From an uncultured Poribacteria bacterium (GTDB taxonomy: Bacteria > Poribacteria > WGA-4E > WGA-3G): a stretch of 64,000 nt of DNA. Below are positions 29,711 to 39,268 of this stretch, in pieces. Numbering within the stretch: the first letter of the stretch is position 1; the number at the start of each line of letters is the position of its first letter. The position numbers were made by a program, and so were the translations under genes. The DNA is taken from positions 3,565,506 through 3,629,505 of the forward strand of contig OX638351.1 of assembly GCA_951813565.1 (NCBI GenBank), read 5' to 3'. Under the pieces are notes generated by a model. That model was given only the letters and a program-made list of their open reading frames with translations. It ran no database searches and was not told the DNA's origin.

Positions 29711-30751
29711 ATGAATTGGTTCCGTTTTGGCAATCCGGAGTTCCTCTTTTTCCTATGGATCGGATTGCCGCTTTTAATTCTATTGCTGCTTTTTGGATTG
29801 CGCATGAAACGAAAAGCAATGCTGCGATTCCAAAGCAATCTGGATACAACACATCTGAAACGACACAAAGTTCAAGCTGTGTTCTTGATGTTGAGTTATC
29901 TCCTGGTAACGCTTGCGATCGCGCAGCCACAGTGGGGTGCTAAACCTGAAACAGCCGCAGAAAGGTTAGATGTAATGCTTGCATTGGATATTTCTACCAG
30001 TATGCTTGCTACAGATGGCAATTCTGTCCGCCGACTAACACGTGCCAAAAATGTCATGTTTTCCTTGCTGGAGCAGCTTCAAGGTGATCGTGTCGGTTTA
30101 CTTTATTTTGCTGAGGCGAGTATCGTGGTATGTCCATTGACAAACGACATCACTACGCTCAAAGAATTTTTAACAGCGATGACACCTGAAACACTTGTCC
30201 ATAGAGGCACACAAATTGGTAATGCAATTGAGATAGCAACTACCCGACTCGTCCCAGAGCAGAGAAACTTGACTACAACAGATACCGATTCCAGTGGACA
30301 AAAAGTGTTGATTTTTTTTACGGATGGTGAGGATCACGGGACAGACGCTATTGCGGCAGCGAAAGCAGCTAAGAGAGATGGTCTGCATATCTATTGTGTC
30401 GGTATTGGAAATCCCGATAAACCTGTTCCGATACCACTGCCGATTGAAAGCACAGGATACAAGCGGGATGTTAATGGACAACTGGTCCTAACCGCGTTAG
30501 ATGAGGACTATTTAGACGAGATTGCTAAAGCGGGAAATGGGAACTATTACCATGCAAACGAGGGTATCACACAGTTAACGACTGACCTGACACGACTTGA
30601 AAAGCAAAAATATAGGATTCACTCAGATGGTAAATATCAAGAAAGGTTTCAATGGTTTGTTGGGTTAGGACTAATTTTCTTGGTTGGTGAATTGTTGATT
30701 CAGAAATGGGAAATCGGAAGAAAGGCAAATAATGGAAGTTTCAAAGCATGA
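29711..30751 (+). CDS. BatA-like von Willebrand factor A domain membrane protein
   Basis: N-terminal TM helix followed by VWA with a MIDAS motif (LDVMLALDISTSM). Confidence 0.6.
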   Translation: MNWFRFGNPEFLFFLWIGLPLLILLLLFGLRMKRKAMLRFQSNLDTTHLKRHKVQAVFLMLSYLLVTLAIAQPQWGAKPETAAERLDVMLALDISTSMLATDGNSVRRLTRAKNVMFSLLEQLQGDRVGLLYFAEASIVVCPLTNDITTLKEFLTAMTPETLVHRGTQIGNAIEIATTRLVPEQRNLTTTDTDSSGQKVLIFFTDGEDHGTDAIAAAKAAKRDGLHIYCVGIGNPDKPVPIPLPIESTGYKRDVNGQLVLTALDEDYLDEIAKAGNGNYYHANEGITQLTTDLTRLEKQKYRIHSDGKYQERFQWFVGLGLIFLVGELLIQKWEIGRKANNGSFKA

Positions 30752-30780
30752 TCGCTTCTTTCAACTTTGTAGCGTAATTA

Positions 30781-31877
30781 TAGTCAGGACTTACGCAGTC
30801 TTGAAGATTATTGAAGGATTTGAGAGTTGATGTCGTAAATAATCGTCCAATAAGCTATCTTTAAGCTCATAAATTGTTCTACCAACTGCACGGGCAGTGC
30901 GTGTCAAACAGACCCATACTTGAAAACAACACGCAATATGATTTCTTTGCGCACGCAACTTGCGACATTGACATTTACCAATACCAGTGACTTGTTTGAT
31001 CTCACGATGAAATTGCTCAATCTTCCAACGCACTTTACATTCTTGGATTGTGGCATCCGCATCTGATTGAGATAAATCGTTTGTAGCGATATATACCGTG
31101 TGTCCGTTAGAGGACGCTATCCGGAACAACTTCACTTGATGTCCATTTGGAAACTTATTGATGTGCACGCGTTTTCCTTGTCGTATTTCTGTTTGGGTCC
31201 AACATAAATCTTGGACTTGTTGGTGTTGTTCAACACCATCCGTATCATTGACAAGACGATTACGCTTGAGAGGCACATAGTAAATCTTGGAAAGTTTTTC
31301 AATCGCTTTGATGACTTTCATTGACGCATACCAAGCATCCATGAGCACAGTCCGAAACGGGAGTTGTTTTTTCAAGTAGACATTGTGCAACATTTCCAGT
31401 AAATGGTCTATTTTGGTTTTACCATCATGATCTTTGTCAAAAATACGATAATCAATGATCCAATATTCTTGCGTCTTTGGATTGACATAAAGACACGTGA
31501 CAATACCGATGCCTACAACGACTTTTTTGTCGCTACCACTCCATTGAGAACGAAGGGCTTCAATCTCTTTGGCATGGAGTTTAGGAAGCACAAAATCATC
31601 AAAAACTATGTATCCTTCATCATCATACTCAATGTCATCCTTTACGGATTGCCAGAGTTCGTTGGAAGGAATGTTTTCATTTCTCAAAAAACGATTGAGT
31701 TGATCGTGGCTCCATTTCTCTATATGATCAGCAAAGTAGGTTTGTGTCCAATTCGTGACACTTGCTATCAAAAACTGACAATAATCGGAAAATAGGTTTT
31801 CCTTCTTTTGAGAGTGGGAAAATGTAATCATAATAGAATAGTATACACCATTTTATAAAAATGCGTAAGTCCTGATA
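30781..31877 (-). mobile_element. Intact IS4-superfamily insertion sequence (about 1.1 kb) with 16-17-bp terminal IRs and a putative 7-8-bp target duplication
   Basis: IRs TAGTCAGGACTTACGCA (30781-30797) and TGCGTAAGTCCTGATA (31862-31877). Flanks GTAATTA / GTAAATTA. Carries the 346-aa DDE transposase ORF. Confidence 0.7.
30791..31831 (-). CDS. DDE transposase (IS4/IS701-like)
   Basis: 346-aa uninterrupted ORF with DDE_Tnp_1-like blocks (VLMDAWYAS..., IEQFHREIK). Lies inside the terminal IRs. Confidence 0.7.
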   Translation of the reverse strand: MITFSHSQKKENLFSDYCQFLIASVTNWTQTYFADHIEKWSHDQLNRFLRNENIPSNELWQSVKDDIEYDDEGYIVFDDFVLPKLHAKEIEALRSQWSGSDKKVVVGIGIVTCLYVNPKTQEYWIIDYRIFDKDHDGKTKIDHLLEMLHNVYLKKQLPFRTVLMDAWYASMKVIKAIEKLSKIYYVPLKRNRLVNDTDGVEQHQQVQDLCWTQTEIRQGKRVHINKFPNGHQVKLFRIASSNGHTVYIATNDLSQSDADATIQECKVRWKIEQFHREIKQVTGIGKCQCRKLRAQRNHIACCFQVWVCLTRTARAVGRTIYELKDSLLDDYLRHQLSNPSIIFKTA

Positions 31878-31885
31878 GTAAATTA

Positions 31886-32010
31886 TGTAAATAAGTTCAC
31901 ATATATTCTGTAGGAGCGATCTCCGAATCGCGACGAAACCACTAATAGTCGGCAATCGGAGTTCCCTCGGACAGCTCAGATGTCCAGTTAATTGTAGAAT
32001 CCAGTATAAT
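31886..32010. repeat. Repeat-140 copy A (modular palindromic intergenic element)
   Basis: Near-identical (over 90%) to the reverse complement of 42250-42375. Contains module CTGTAGGAGCGATCTCCGAATCGCGACG, also present at 8335-8362. Confidence 0.8.
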
Positions 32011-32015
32011 GTAAA

Positions 32016-33038
32016 TTATGTTTTCTTGTAAATCAGACCACCGGGACGGAATCGCATTAGCAAAATAAGGACAATGCCAAAAATAAGGTAACGCGCACCT
32101 GCTAATTCGGGATATTCAGTAAATTGGGTAAGAACTTCACGTAAAATTTCTCCTAATGAGCCAAGAATAACTGCACCTATCATCGCTCCTCTGATGCTTC
32201 CCATACCTCCGAGGACCACCATACAGAGGATCAGGATTGATTCCCAGAATTCAAAGAATGGCGCACTAATGTTGACTTGAAATTGTGCGATGAAGCATCC
32301 TCCCAATGCCCCAATTGCAGCACTCACTGCAAAAGCAAGCGATTTATAACGACCAACATTAATCCCCATGCTTTCTGCTGCATTCTCGTCTTCGCGGATT
32401 GCAACCCACGCTCTGCCAACACGAGAATTCTGTAACCTATAGGTAATAAAAACAACCAAAATTAGCAAAATAAGAATGTGGTAATAGTTGTGCCAATTTT
32501 GATTGAACGTTATTTTAAAAATACCTGGCAAAGATAGGCTTGGGGCAGGAATCCCACGGAGTTGTCCATTTGGAGCACCAATTAACCACTGTTCGTTTCT
32601 CACTATGCGAAAGAACAACTCGGCAAACCCAAATGTGACAATCGCAAAGTAATCTCCCGTAAGCCGTAAAGTTGGTATTCCACGCAATAAACCCCACACT
32701 GTGCCATGTAGCACAGCCAGCGGCAAGGCAAACCAATAGGGAATACCAAGACGCTGCATCAATAACCCGGCTGTGTAACCTCCAATCAAATAGAAGGCAA
32801 CATATCCGAGATCAAGTAGTCCTGTAAATCCGCAAACGATATTTAGTCCGACAGCGAGAAGCATGTAGAGACAAGCACGAACAACAATCCGTAGTACGTA
32901 ATCTCCACCCGGCCAACCAAAGTCGATTCTATATTCGGATAAAAATTTCCCTATACCATCAATACCATACATGAACAGTGGTAAAAAACAGATACATAGG
33001 CAGAGAATTATGTTTTTAGGTGTTAATTTATCTCGCAT
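32016..33038 (-). CDS. Branched-chain amino acid ABC transporter permease (LivM-like)
   Basis: Multi-TM protein. LivM-type N-terminal extension and conserved permease blocks. Confidence 0.7.
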   Translation of the reverse strand: MRDKLTPKNIILCLCICFLPLFMYGIDGIGKFLSEYRIDFGWPGGDYVLRIVVRACLYMLLAVGLNIVCGFTGLLDLGYVAFYLIGGYTAGLLMQRLGIPYWFALPLAVLHGTVWGLLRGIPTLRLTGDYFAIVTFGFAELFFRIVRNEQWLIGAPNGQLRGIPAPSLSLPGIFKITFNQNWHNYYHILILLILVVFITYRLQNSRVGRAWVAIREDENAAESMGINVGRYKSLAFAVSAAIGALGGCFIAQFQVNISAPFFEFWESILILCMVVLGGMGSIRGAMIGAVILGSLGEILREVLTQFTEYPELAGARYLIFGIVLILLMRFRPGGLIYKKT

Positions 33039-33063
33039 CTAAGACTCATACTCGCGCTTTTCA

Positions 33064-33984
33064 CTATGCGCGTGTGCTTGTTGATTTGCCAAATAAACCA
33101 GATGGACGAATCAAAATTACAAGAATCATGATAATATATGCAAATGCTATCCGATAACCAGAGTGAATGTCAGCACCAAATACTTCGGCTATCCCAATCA
33201 CGAGTCCACCGAAAATTGCTCCAGAGATACTACCAATCCCACCAAGAACAGCAGCTGCAAACGCAGCAACCCCCTTATGATATCCCATCGTAGGTGTAAC
33301 AACTTCACTCAAACCAACCATAATGCCTGCAACTGCGCCTAAGGCAGAACCGATGGCAAACGTTACTGCAATAACTTGGTTCGTTCTTATCCCCATTAAA
33401 TTCGCTGCAACCGCATTTTGCGCGCACGCACGCATCGCTTTTCCTATTTTGGTTAAGTAAATCAACATGTTTAGGACGATCATTAAAACAATTGCTAAAA
33501 AGAGAATAAACACGTCACGAAAAGGTAGAATACCACCTCCAGGAAGCGGTATGGCATTTATAACTTCGCCTGTTTTTGTCACTTCACTGAGAAAAAAAGA
33601 CGGCAGAGATTCAGACGGAAATTGACGCGGTCTCGCTGACCAAATCATTCGCGCGAGGTTTTGCAATGCAAGCGATATACCGATAGCCGTTATCAGCGCT
33701 GATAGACGCGGTGCATTTCGAAGCGGCCTGTATGCTACAAAGTCAATCAACATTCCTAAAATAGCACAAAGGAGCATGCTAAACGGCAAAGCTATCCAAA
33801 ACGGTATACCAAAAACCGTGATAAGCATAAGTGCAATGTAGGCGCCAAACATGTAAATCTCACCATGCGCGAAGTTAATCAATTGAATAATGCCGTAGAC
33901 CATTGTGTAACCAACAGCAATAAGCGCATAAATACCCCCGAGTACCAATCCATTGATTAATTGTTCAAAAATTTGGGCCATCAT
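33064..33984 (-). CDS. Branched-chain amino acid ABC transporter permease (LivH-like)
   Basis: N-terminal QLINGLVLGGIYALIAVGYTMVYG hallmark. Confidence 0.7.
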   Translation of the reverse strand: MMAQIFEQLINGLVLGGIYALIAVGYTMVYGIIQLINFAHGEIYMFGAYIALMLITVFGIPFWIALPFSMLLCAILGMLIDFVAYRPLRNAPRLSALITAIGISLALQNLARMIWSARPRQFPSESLPSFFLSEVTKTGEVINAIPLPGGGILPFRDVFILFLAIVLMIVLNMLIYLTKIGKAMRACAQNAVAANLMGIRTNQVIAVTFAIGSALGAVAGIMVGLSEVVTPTMGYHKGVAAFAAAVLGGIGSISGAIFGGLVIGIAEVFGADIHSGYRIAFAYIIMILVILIRPSGLFGKSTSTRA

Positions 33985-34059
33985 TTCTTGTTTTTAGTCC
34001 CCCATTATGGAGATGTCTCACAGGACATTTTGCACTTAAGCTATTAGAGGTAAAACCAA

Positions 34060-35277
34060 TTACTCCATATCAAGTAGTTGTTCCTCAGCTGCAGCAAATT
34101 TCCCATCTTTTACTATCTTTACATAAGCCGGTTTATCAATCGTGTCCCCATTATGATCAAAATAGGTTAGCCCTGTGATCCCTTTGAAGCCTTCTTCAGG
34201 CGTATCTATAGCGGCTAAATGTTCACGGATAGCCGTTCGATTATCTGCAACCGATGCTTCCGAATTATAAGTTTTTTGAAGTGCTTCGGCAATCATTCCA
34301 ACCGCATCGTAAGTTAAAGCAGCCCAAGTATCTGGCGGCACACTGTGAAGTTTTTCAAAATTGGATGCCATCTCCTGCGCTTTTTTGTCATCAGCACCAA
34401 ATAAAAAGGGAGTCGTAATATAGGTGCCTTCTGCAGCTCTTGAACCAGCAGTTGTCAGGAAATCGGCATTATCAATACCATCTGCCCCAAAAAATTGTGC
34501 AGTAATCCCTGCTTCACGTGCTTGCTTTACAATCAAGCCAGCTTCCGTATAAAGTCCAGAAATAAAAATAGCGTCAGGCTTTTTGGCTTTAATGCTGGTC
34601 AGTTGTGCCTTAAAATTGGTAGTATCCCTTTCGTACGCTTCTGAGGCAACAAGAGTAAGTTCTGTATTTTCGACTTCAGCGACAAACGCGTTTCTTAAAC
34701 CACGCCCATAATCATCGTTATCAAAAAAGACAGCAACCGACTCAAGATCGGTCAAAACATTATCTATATATTGCGCAATGAATTTTCCCTGAAAATCGTC
34801 TCGATATAAATTACGAAAAGTCCATTTGCTCCCTTCGCAAACCTCTACAGCAGTAGAACCAGGGGAAAGTTCAACAATACCAACACGATCATAAATAGTT
34901 TGACCAGCTAATGAACACGCACTGTTAAAATGCCCAACAACTGCCAAGATTTTGTTGTCGTTTGCGATGCGTTCTGCCACAAGACTTGCTTCTGATCCTT
35001 TGCCAGCATCATCTCTAAAAAGCAGCGTCAATTTCATACCATTGATTCCGCCAGCTTCGTTAATCTCTTTTTCTTTAAGTTGAGCACCTCGTTTGATCAT
35101 ATCTCCAAACGCAGCAGCACCGCCTGTATAGGGTGCTGCAACCGCAACTTTTAACTCTTGTTGTGCTTCTTGTGTTTCGTCCGTTTCGTCAGCATTGTCT
35201 GTATTTTTGGCTGGCGGTTGGCATCCCCATACGGATAAAAGTCCCACTACCAGTAACCCTACAAGCCAATTTCTCAT
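34060..35277 (-). CDS. ABC transporter substrate-binding lipoprotein (Leu/Ile/Val-binding, Peripla_BP_6 family)
   Basis: Signal peptide with lipobox (VWGC). Peripla_BP_6-type blocks. Confidence 0.7.
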   Translation of the reverse strand: MRNWLVGLLVVGLLSVWGCQPPAKNTDNADETDETQEAQQELKVAVAAPYTGGAAAFGDMIKRGAQLKEKEINEAGGINGMKLTLLFRDDAGKGSEASLVAERIANDNKILAVVGHFNSACSLAGQTIYDRVGIVELSPGSTAVEVCEGSKWTFRNLYRDDFQGKFIAQYIDNVLTDLESVAVFFDNDDYGRGLRNAFVAEVENTELTLVASEAYERDTTNFKAQLTSIKAKKPDAIFISGLYTEAGLIVKQAREAGITAQFFGADGIDNADFLTTAGSRAAEGTYITTPFLFGADDKKAQEMASNFEKLHSVPPDTWAALTYDAVGMIAEALQKTYNSEASVADNRTAIREHLAAIDTPEEGFKGITGLTYFDHNGDTIDKPAYVKIVKDGKFAAAEEQLLDME

Positions 35278-35291
35278 TTACATATACTCCT

Positions 35292-36116
35292 TCATTGTAT
35301 AGCAGATTTTTCTGAAACGACCTGCCTAAAGTCAAATTTAAATTTCAATTTTTCCTGCTTGCCATCTGAACGTACTACGTTGATTTCGGGAACAATAATC
35401 CGCATTTCCGTATTGTCAAGATTGAGTCTTTCAAATATTAAAAGTCCACGTCGCTTTGCACCTTTGAACAACTTTCCACTCTCAAAGAGACTTTCCGCAA
35501 CGACTGCATGTCCTTCCTCCAATGCTGCCATATCCAAGTAAGTTTGAGAGTATGGATAATATCTGTGATAGGGAGAATGATGGTGTGGATATGTTCTTGC
35601 GGGTAATACGTTATGCTCTGAGGGAGTCACGTTGTCGTAGAGGTCTTCAAAGTAATCGTAAGTAAGGTTTGCGTATTGCGCGCCATTTCGATCAATAAGT
35701 ATTGCCGATTCTTCAACCAAAACCCGTGGCGTATCAAGATTGTGGACTGTCATTTCAAAAACTGTATAGATCGGTTCAACATCACCACGTCTGCCAACAA
35801 TGAGATAAGGATTGATGCGCGGATCATCGGTTAACTCAAATATCTCTACTTCATCAAGCGGTTCAATGGTAACAGCAACCCCTTTTTGCAGCATGGTAAC
35901 AGCACCTGTTTCAGGATTAATTTTTGTGTTTGTCTGTCCTTCAATTGGTTCTATGTAGACCTCAACTGAAGGTTGCGGCACCACTGCACAACTCGCTAAC
36001 AGTACACTGACTAAAATAAGTATACCGAAGCGTAGGTAGTTTGTATATGTACCTTTCAGTATTTGGCATGTCATGAACTTTGCCCTCCTTTTCACCGTAA
36101 AACACCAATAATACAT
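35292..36116 (-). CDS. Hypothetical lipoprotein (His/Tyr-rich)
   Basis: Canonical lipobox LLASC. No recognisable domain. Sits 14 bp upstream of the substrate-binding protein gene in the same orientation. Confidence 0.4.
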   Translation of the reverse strand: MYYWCFTVKRRAKFMTCQILKGTYTNYLRFGILILVSVLLASCAVVPQPSVEVYIEPIEGQTNTKINPETGAVTMLQKGVAVTIEPLDEVEIFELTDDPRINPYLIVGRRGDVEPIYTVFEMTVHNLDTPRVLVEESAILIDRNGAQYANLTYDYFEDLYDNVTPSEHNVLPARTYPHHHSPYHRYYPYSQTYLDMAALEEGHAVVAESLFESGKLFKGAKRRGLLIFERLNLDNTEMRIIVPEINVVRSDGKQEKLKFKFDFRQVVSEKSAIQ

Positions 36117-36218
36117 ATTGGCTCATGTAAAGTATGTGTGCGTTTGTTTTCACGAAGTCAATGGTCATAGGGATAAACAGTTTCATTTGCACTTATTTTT
36201 TTCATGAACCTACATATT

Positions 36219-37529
36219 TTACACAATATCTGTATTATTGTCAACGTTTTTATCAGTTTTCTCAATCTTTTGATATTGTGATGTCAAATTCAGGATAAGT
36301 CCACCCCATATACATGATGCTACCATAGCGGCAATGGAATAGACTGCACCGGGAATAGTTTTCACAACCACACCAATTAATGCAATGACACTCGCGCTAC
36401 CACTTTTGCCAGAACGATATAAAAAAGAATCTATAATCTGTTTTGCGCGGTAGCGTTCGTCATAAGAAAGGGGCATATAGAATAATTCTTTACCAGCACG
36501 AAATAGCGAGTAGTCAAGTGCTTTGAACATTAGAAAAGCTCTTGAACCAGCACGAAGCGATGGTGTAAGAGTCAAAATAAGTCCGTTGACCAGATGTACT
36601 ATTGGAATGCCGATATGGATAATCCGAATAGAGACAAATCGTAGTGCTATAGGGACAACAATCAACTGCAAAACTGCCGCAATTGCAGCAAGACCTGCAT
36701 AAAATTTACCGAAGTATGCTGTCATGGTATCTGTATTAAGTATTTCTTTTTCGACCAATCCATCGAATCGGATGACAAGAACGGTTGAGATAACTTGGGT
36801 GCTTAGGATAAGCAAACCAATAAAGACAAGATATCTGGAACTGAAAAGGGTTTTTACGCCGAGGTGTCCCCTCCGTCCACCTTCTTCTGCAACAGCCGGT
36901 TTTGGTTCTCCTGCAAGGTTGTAAGCAATAACACCAAAAATTGCTGCTGGGATGAGGGAAGCAGTTGTAAACAGTAGTAGGGTCTCAGAACCTAAAGTTT
37001 CTGCCCATCTATTAACGAGTAATCCTCCAACAACGGATCCGACAGAGGCAATCGCGCAAAAAGGACCGTTAATAGTCTTCGCTTGTTTAGTCGTAAGAGT
37101 ACTGTTGACAAAAGACCAAAATTGCTCAAGGACGATCACAATGTATGCTTCACGAAAAACGTAAATGATAGCAGCAGCAAAGTCTATGCCGTTTAAAAGT
37201 GCTATGTAGGTCCCTAAGATCAAAACCCCTGATAAAACAGAAGTAATTGCTAAAGTACGTGTCGCACCAAGCCATGAGAGCAAACGTCCATAAATGTAGA
37301 GAAGTAGAAGGAGCCCGGGTAGGACAGCCGCCATAACGCGTGGGAGGTTTTCTGCAGTGTATGCCGCAATGAATAAGGATTCTGAAACAGCACGAATAAA
37401 CTCATAACCGAATAGAAGAAAACTCGCAGCAGCAGAGATTGCAAATGCAGCAAAAAGGATATGTCTTGGAAGATTAACGAACTCTGAAAAGTAGCGGAAC
37501 ACGCTTCGTGTGCTATTATTTAAATCCAT
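36219..37529 (-). CDS. 12-TM membrane transporter (MFS/TLC-like)
   Basis: Twelve hydrophobic helices can be counted. No soluble domain. Confidence 0.45.
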   Translation of the reverse strand: MDLNNSTRSVFRYFSEFVNLPRHILFAAFAISAAASFLLFGYEFIRAVSESLFIAAYTAENLPRVMAAVLPGLLLLLYIYGRLLSWLGATRTLAITSVLSGVLILGTYIALLNGIDFAAAIIYVFREAYIVIVLEQFWSFVNSTLTTKQAKTINGPFCAIASVGSVVGGLLVNRWAETLGSETLLLFTTASLIPAAIFGVIAYNLAGEPKPAVAEEGGRRGHLGVKTLFSSRYLVFIGLLILSTQVISTVLVIRFDGLVEKEILNTDTMTAYFGKFYAGLAAIAAVLQLIVVPIALRFVSIRIIHIGIPIVHLVNGLILTLTPSLRAGSRAFLMFKALDYSLFRAGKELFYMPLSYDERYRAKQIIDSFLYRSGKSGSASVIALIGVVVKTIPGAVYSIAAMVASCIWGGLILNLTSQYQKIEKTDKNVDNNTDIV

Positions 37530-37559
37530 ACTTACGGAAATTCATGACTGTCATTGCAG

Positions 37560-38381
37560 TTAGGGCAGGGTATCCTCAGCGGGACGTGGGTTGTGAACCC
37601 AATGTCCATTTGGATCAGTTCCTCTGGCAATAATAGCCCGTTGGTTCCAATTGTTCGCGGCATAGACTTCTGGTGGCACAAATCGCATTGTTAAACCACA
37701 TCGACGCCGATCAGAGGTGTTCGGTTCTGAACCGTGCAACAGTAAATCAGAATGCAACGAAAGCTGCCCTGCTTTCATTTCAAACGGTACAGGCGCATCA
37801 CCAAATTGTTCTGGTTCATGAACAGTCTGACCAAGTACATTCTTTTCCTCTGCTGTACTTCTTTCAAACGCGATCTGTCCATGTAGATGTGATTTTGGAA
37901 TAACAGTCATCGCACCGTTTTCGACGGAGGCATCATCAATCGCGAGCCATACGGTGACAGTTTTGCTCGGAGAGAGTGGCCAGTAAGACGCATCCTGATG
38001 CCAGCTTACCTGTTTTTCTTCGCCAGGAAGTTTGCAGAAGTAATGTGTTCCCCAGCAAATTAGATTTTCACCGAGCAGGTCTTGGACATAATCCAGTATT
38101 CGGTCTTCAGTAATGAGGTCATGAATGCCTGCACTACGTGTATGCCAACCGTTAATGGAATAACCGTTTCCACCTTCCGCCAAAACTTTTTCCATAAGTT
38201 GGTTGAAGTATTCGCGATGTTGGAAGATTTCTGCTTCAGAGAAAACGTCTAAAGGACAGATGAATCCGTTTTCATTAAAGTGTTGGATTTGGGCACGCGT
38301 TAATGTTGACGGGTTTTCGTTTTCAACAGGGAAAAATTGTAGTTTACGCTTGAGTTCTGGGATTGCATCCGTAATTGCCAT
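37560..38381 (-). CDS. Phytanoyl-CoA dioxygenase (PhyH) family Fe(II)/2-oxoglutarate oxygenase
   Basis: PhyH-type HxD...H facial triad context (WHQDASYW, LHGSEPN). Confidence 0.6.
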   Translation of the reverse strand: MAITDAIPELKRKLQFFPVENENPSTLTRAQIQHFNENGFICPLDVFSEAEIFQHREYFNQLMEKVLAEGGNGYSINGWHTRSAGIHDLITEDRILDYVQDLLGENLICWGTHYFCKLPGEEKQVSWHQDASYWPLSPSKTVTVWLAIDDASVENGAMTVIPKSHLHGQIAFERSTAEEKNVLGQTVHEPEQFGDAPVPFEMKAGQLSLHSDLLLHGSEPNTSDRRRCGLTMRFVPPEVYAANNWNQRAIIARGTDPNGHWVHNPRPAEDTLP

Positions 38382-38639
38382 TGAAAATCTTTCTCCTAAG
38401 TATACTATGGTTTGGACAATTTTAAAAGTTTCCGTCCGGTAGATTTAGGTTAAATGAGACGCTGGACAGATCAGAGAGATTCTGATACACATTTCGCCCC
38501 GCTGGGGCTAAAGAGGTGTGGAGCAATGTTTTTCTATAAACATTCCGCCCCGCTGGGGCTGCTCTTATCGCATCCGATATATGTTTTTTCTGTGAGTCTT
38601 TACAAAAACGCAACTCATAGAAAATAATTTTTAGTGCTC

Positions 38640-38955
38640 AACTAACTGAGGGGTGTGCATAAATAATTCCGATGTTAAATATGCGCTTAAAGGTAGTCCG
38701 CACACGTCGTGGGTTTCCGTCCACAAGTTCAAAGAGGCGCAGCATGCCACACGGGGAATGCCATAAGGCATTCATACCCGCCAAATGCCTCAATGGCATT
38801 TGTAGCGTTGATTTCTTGATTTGGCGCATGCTGCGTTGATTTGGCAATGAATTGCGCGACTACAAACGCATTTCTATAAATCAAGCGGCACATGGCGTCT
38901 GTCCCTGTCTGTGTTGATGCGCCAAATATTTATGCACACCCCTCAACTAACTAGT
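38640..38955. mobile_element. MITE-like palindromic element of about 300 bp, bounded by inverted GAGGGGTGTGCATAAATA ends
   Basis: Inverted ends at 38646-38672 and 38927-38952. Internal palindromes GAATGCCATAAGGCATTC and CAAATGCC...GGCATTTG. A related shorter copy lies at 42395-42575. Confidence 0.5.
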
Positions 38956-39268
38956 AGCCCCAGCGGGGCGACAGGTGTATCATACCAAATTAACGAGTTT
39001 TGTATTGTTTTCACTGCCGAGAACACGGGCGGGCACAGAGACCCGCCCCTACGATTTTGGGTAATTTGGTATCAGTCCAACTTCTATTGATGTCGAGGCG
39101 TTTCTATTAACCTTCACTATCACACAGCGCTTCTGAAAATTGTCCAAACTATAGTAATTATAAGTGGTAAATATCTTACGACTTTTCATTTCATAAGAAT
39201 ATCATACTGATGTTATCATACCCTATCTAAATTCCGTTGTCAACTTTTTTGTATCAGTCAAATAGCAT

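Noticed and set aside
38638-38847. 69-aa ORF inside the intergenic repeat element
   Set aside because: It lies entirely within a palindromic MITE-like element, has no RBS and the translation is repetitive. It is likely non-coding.
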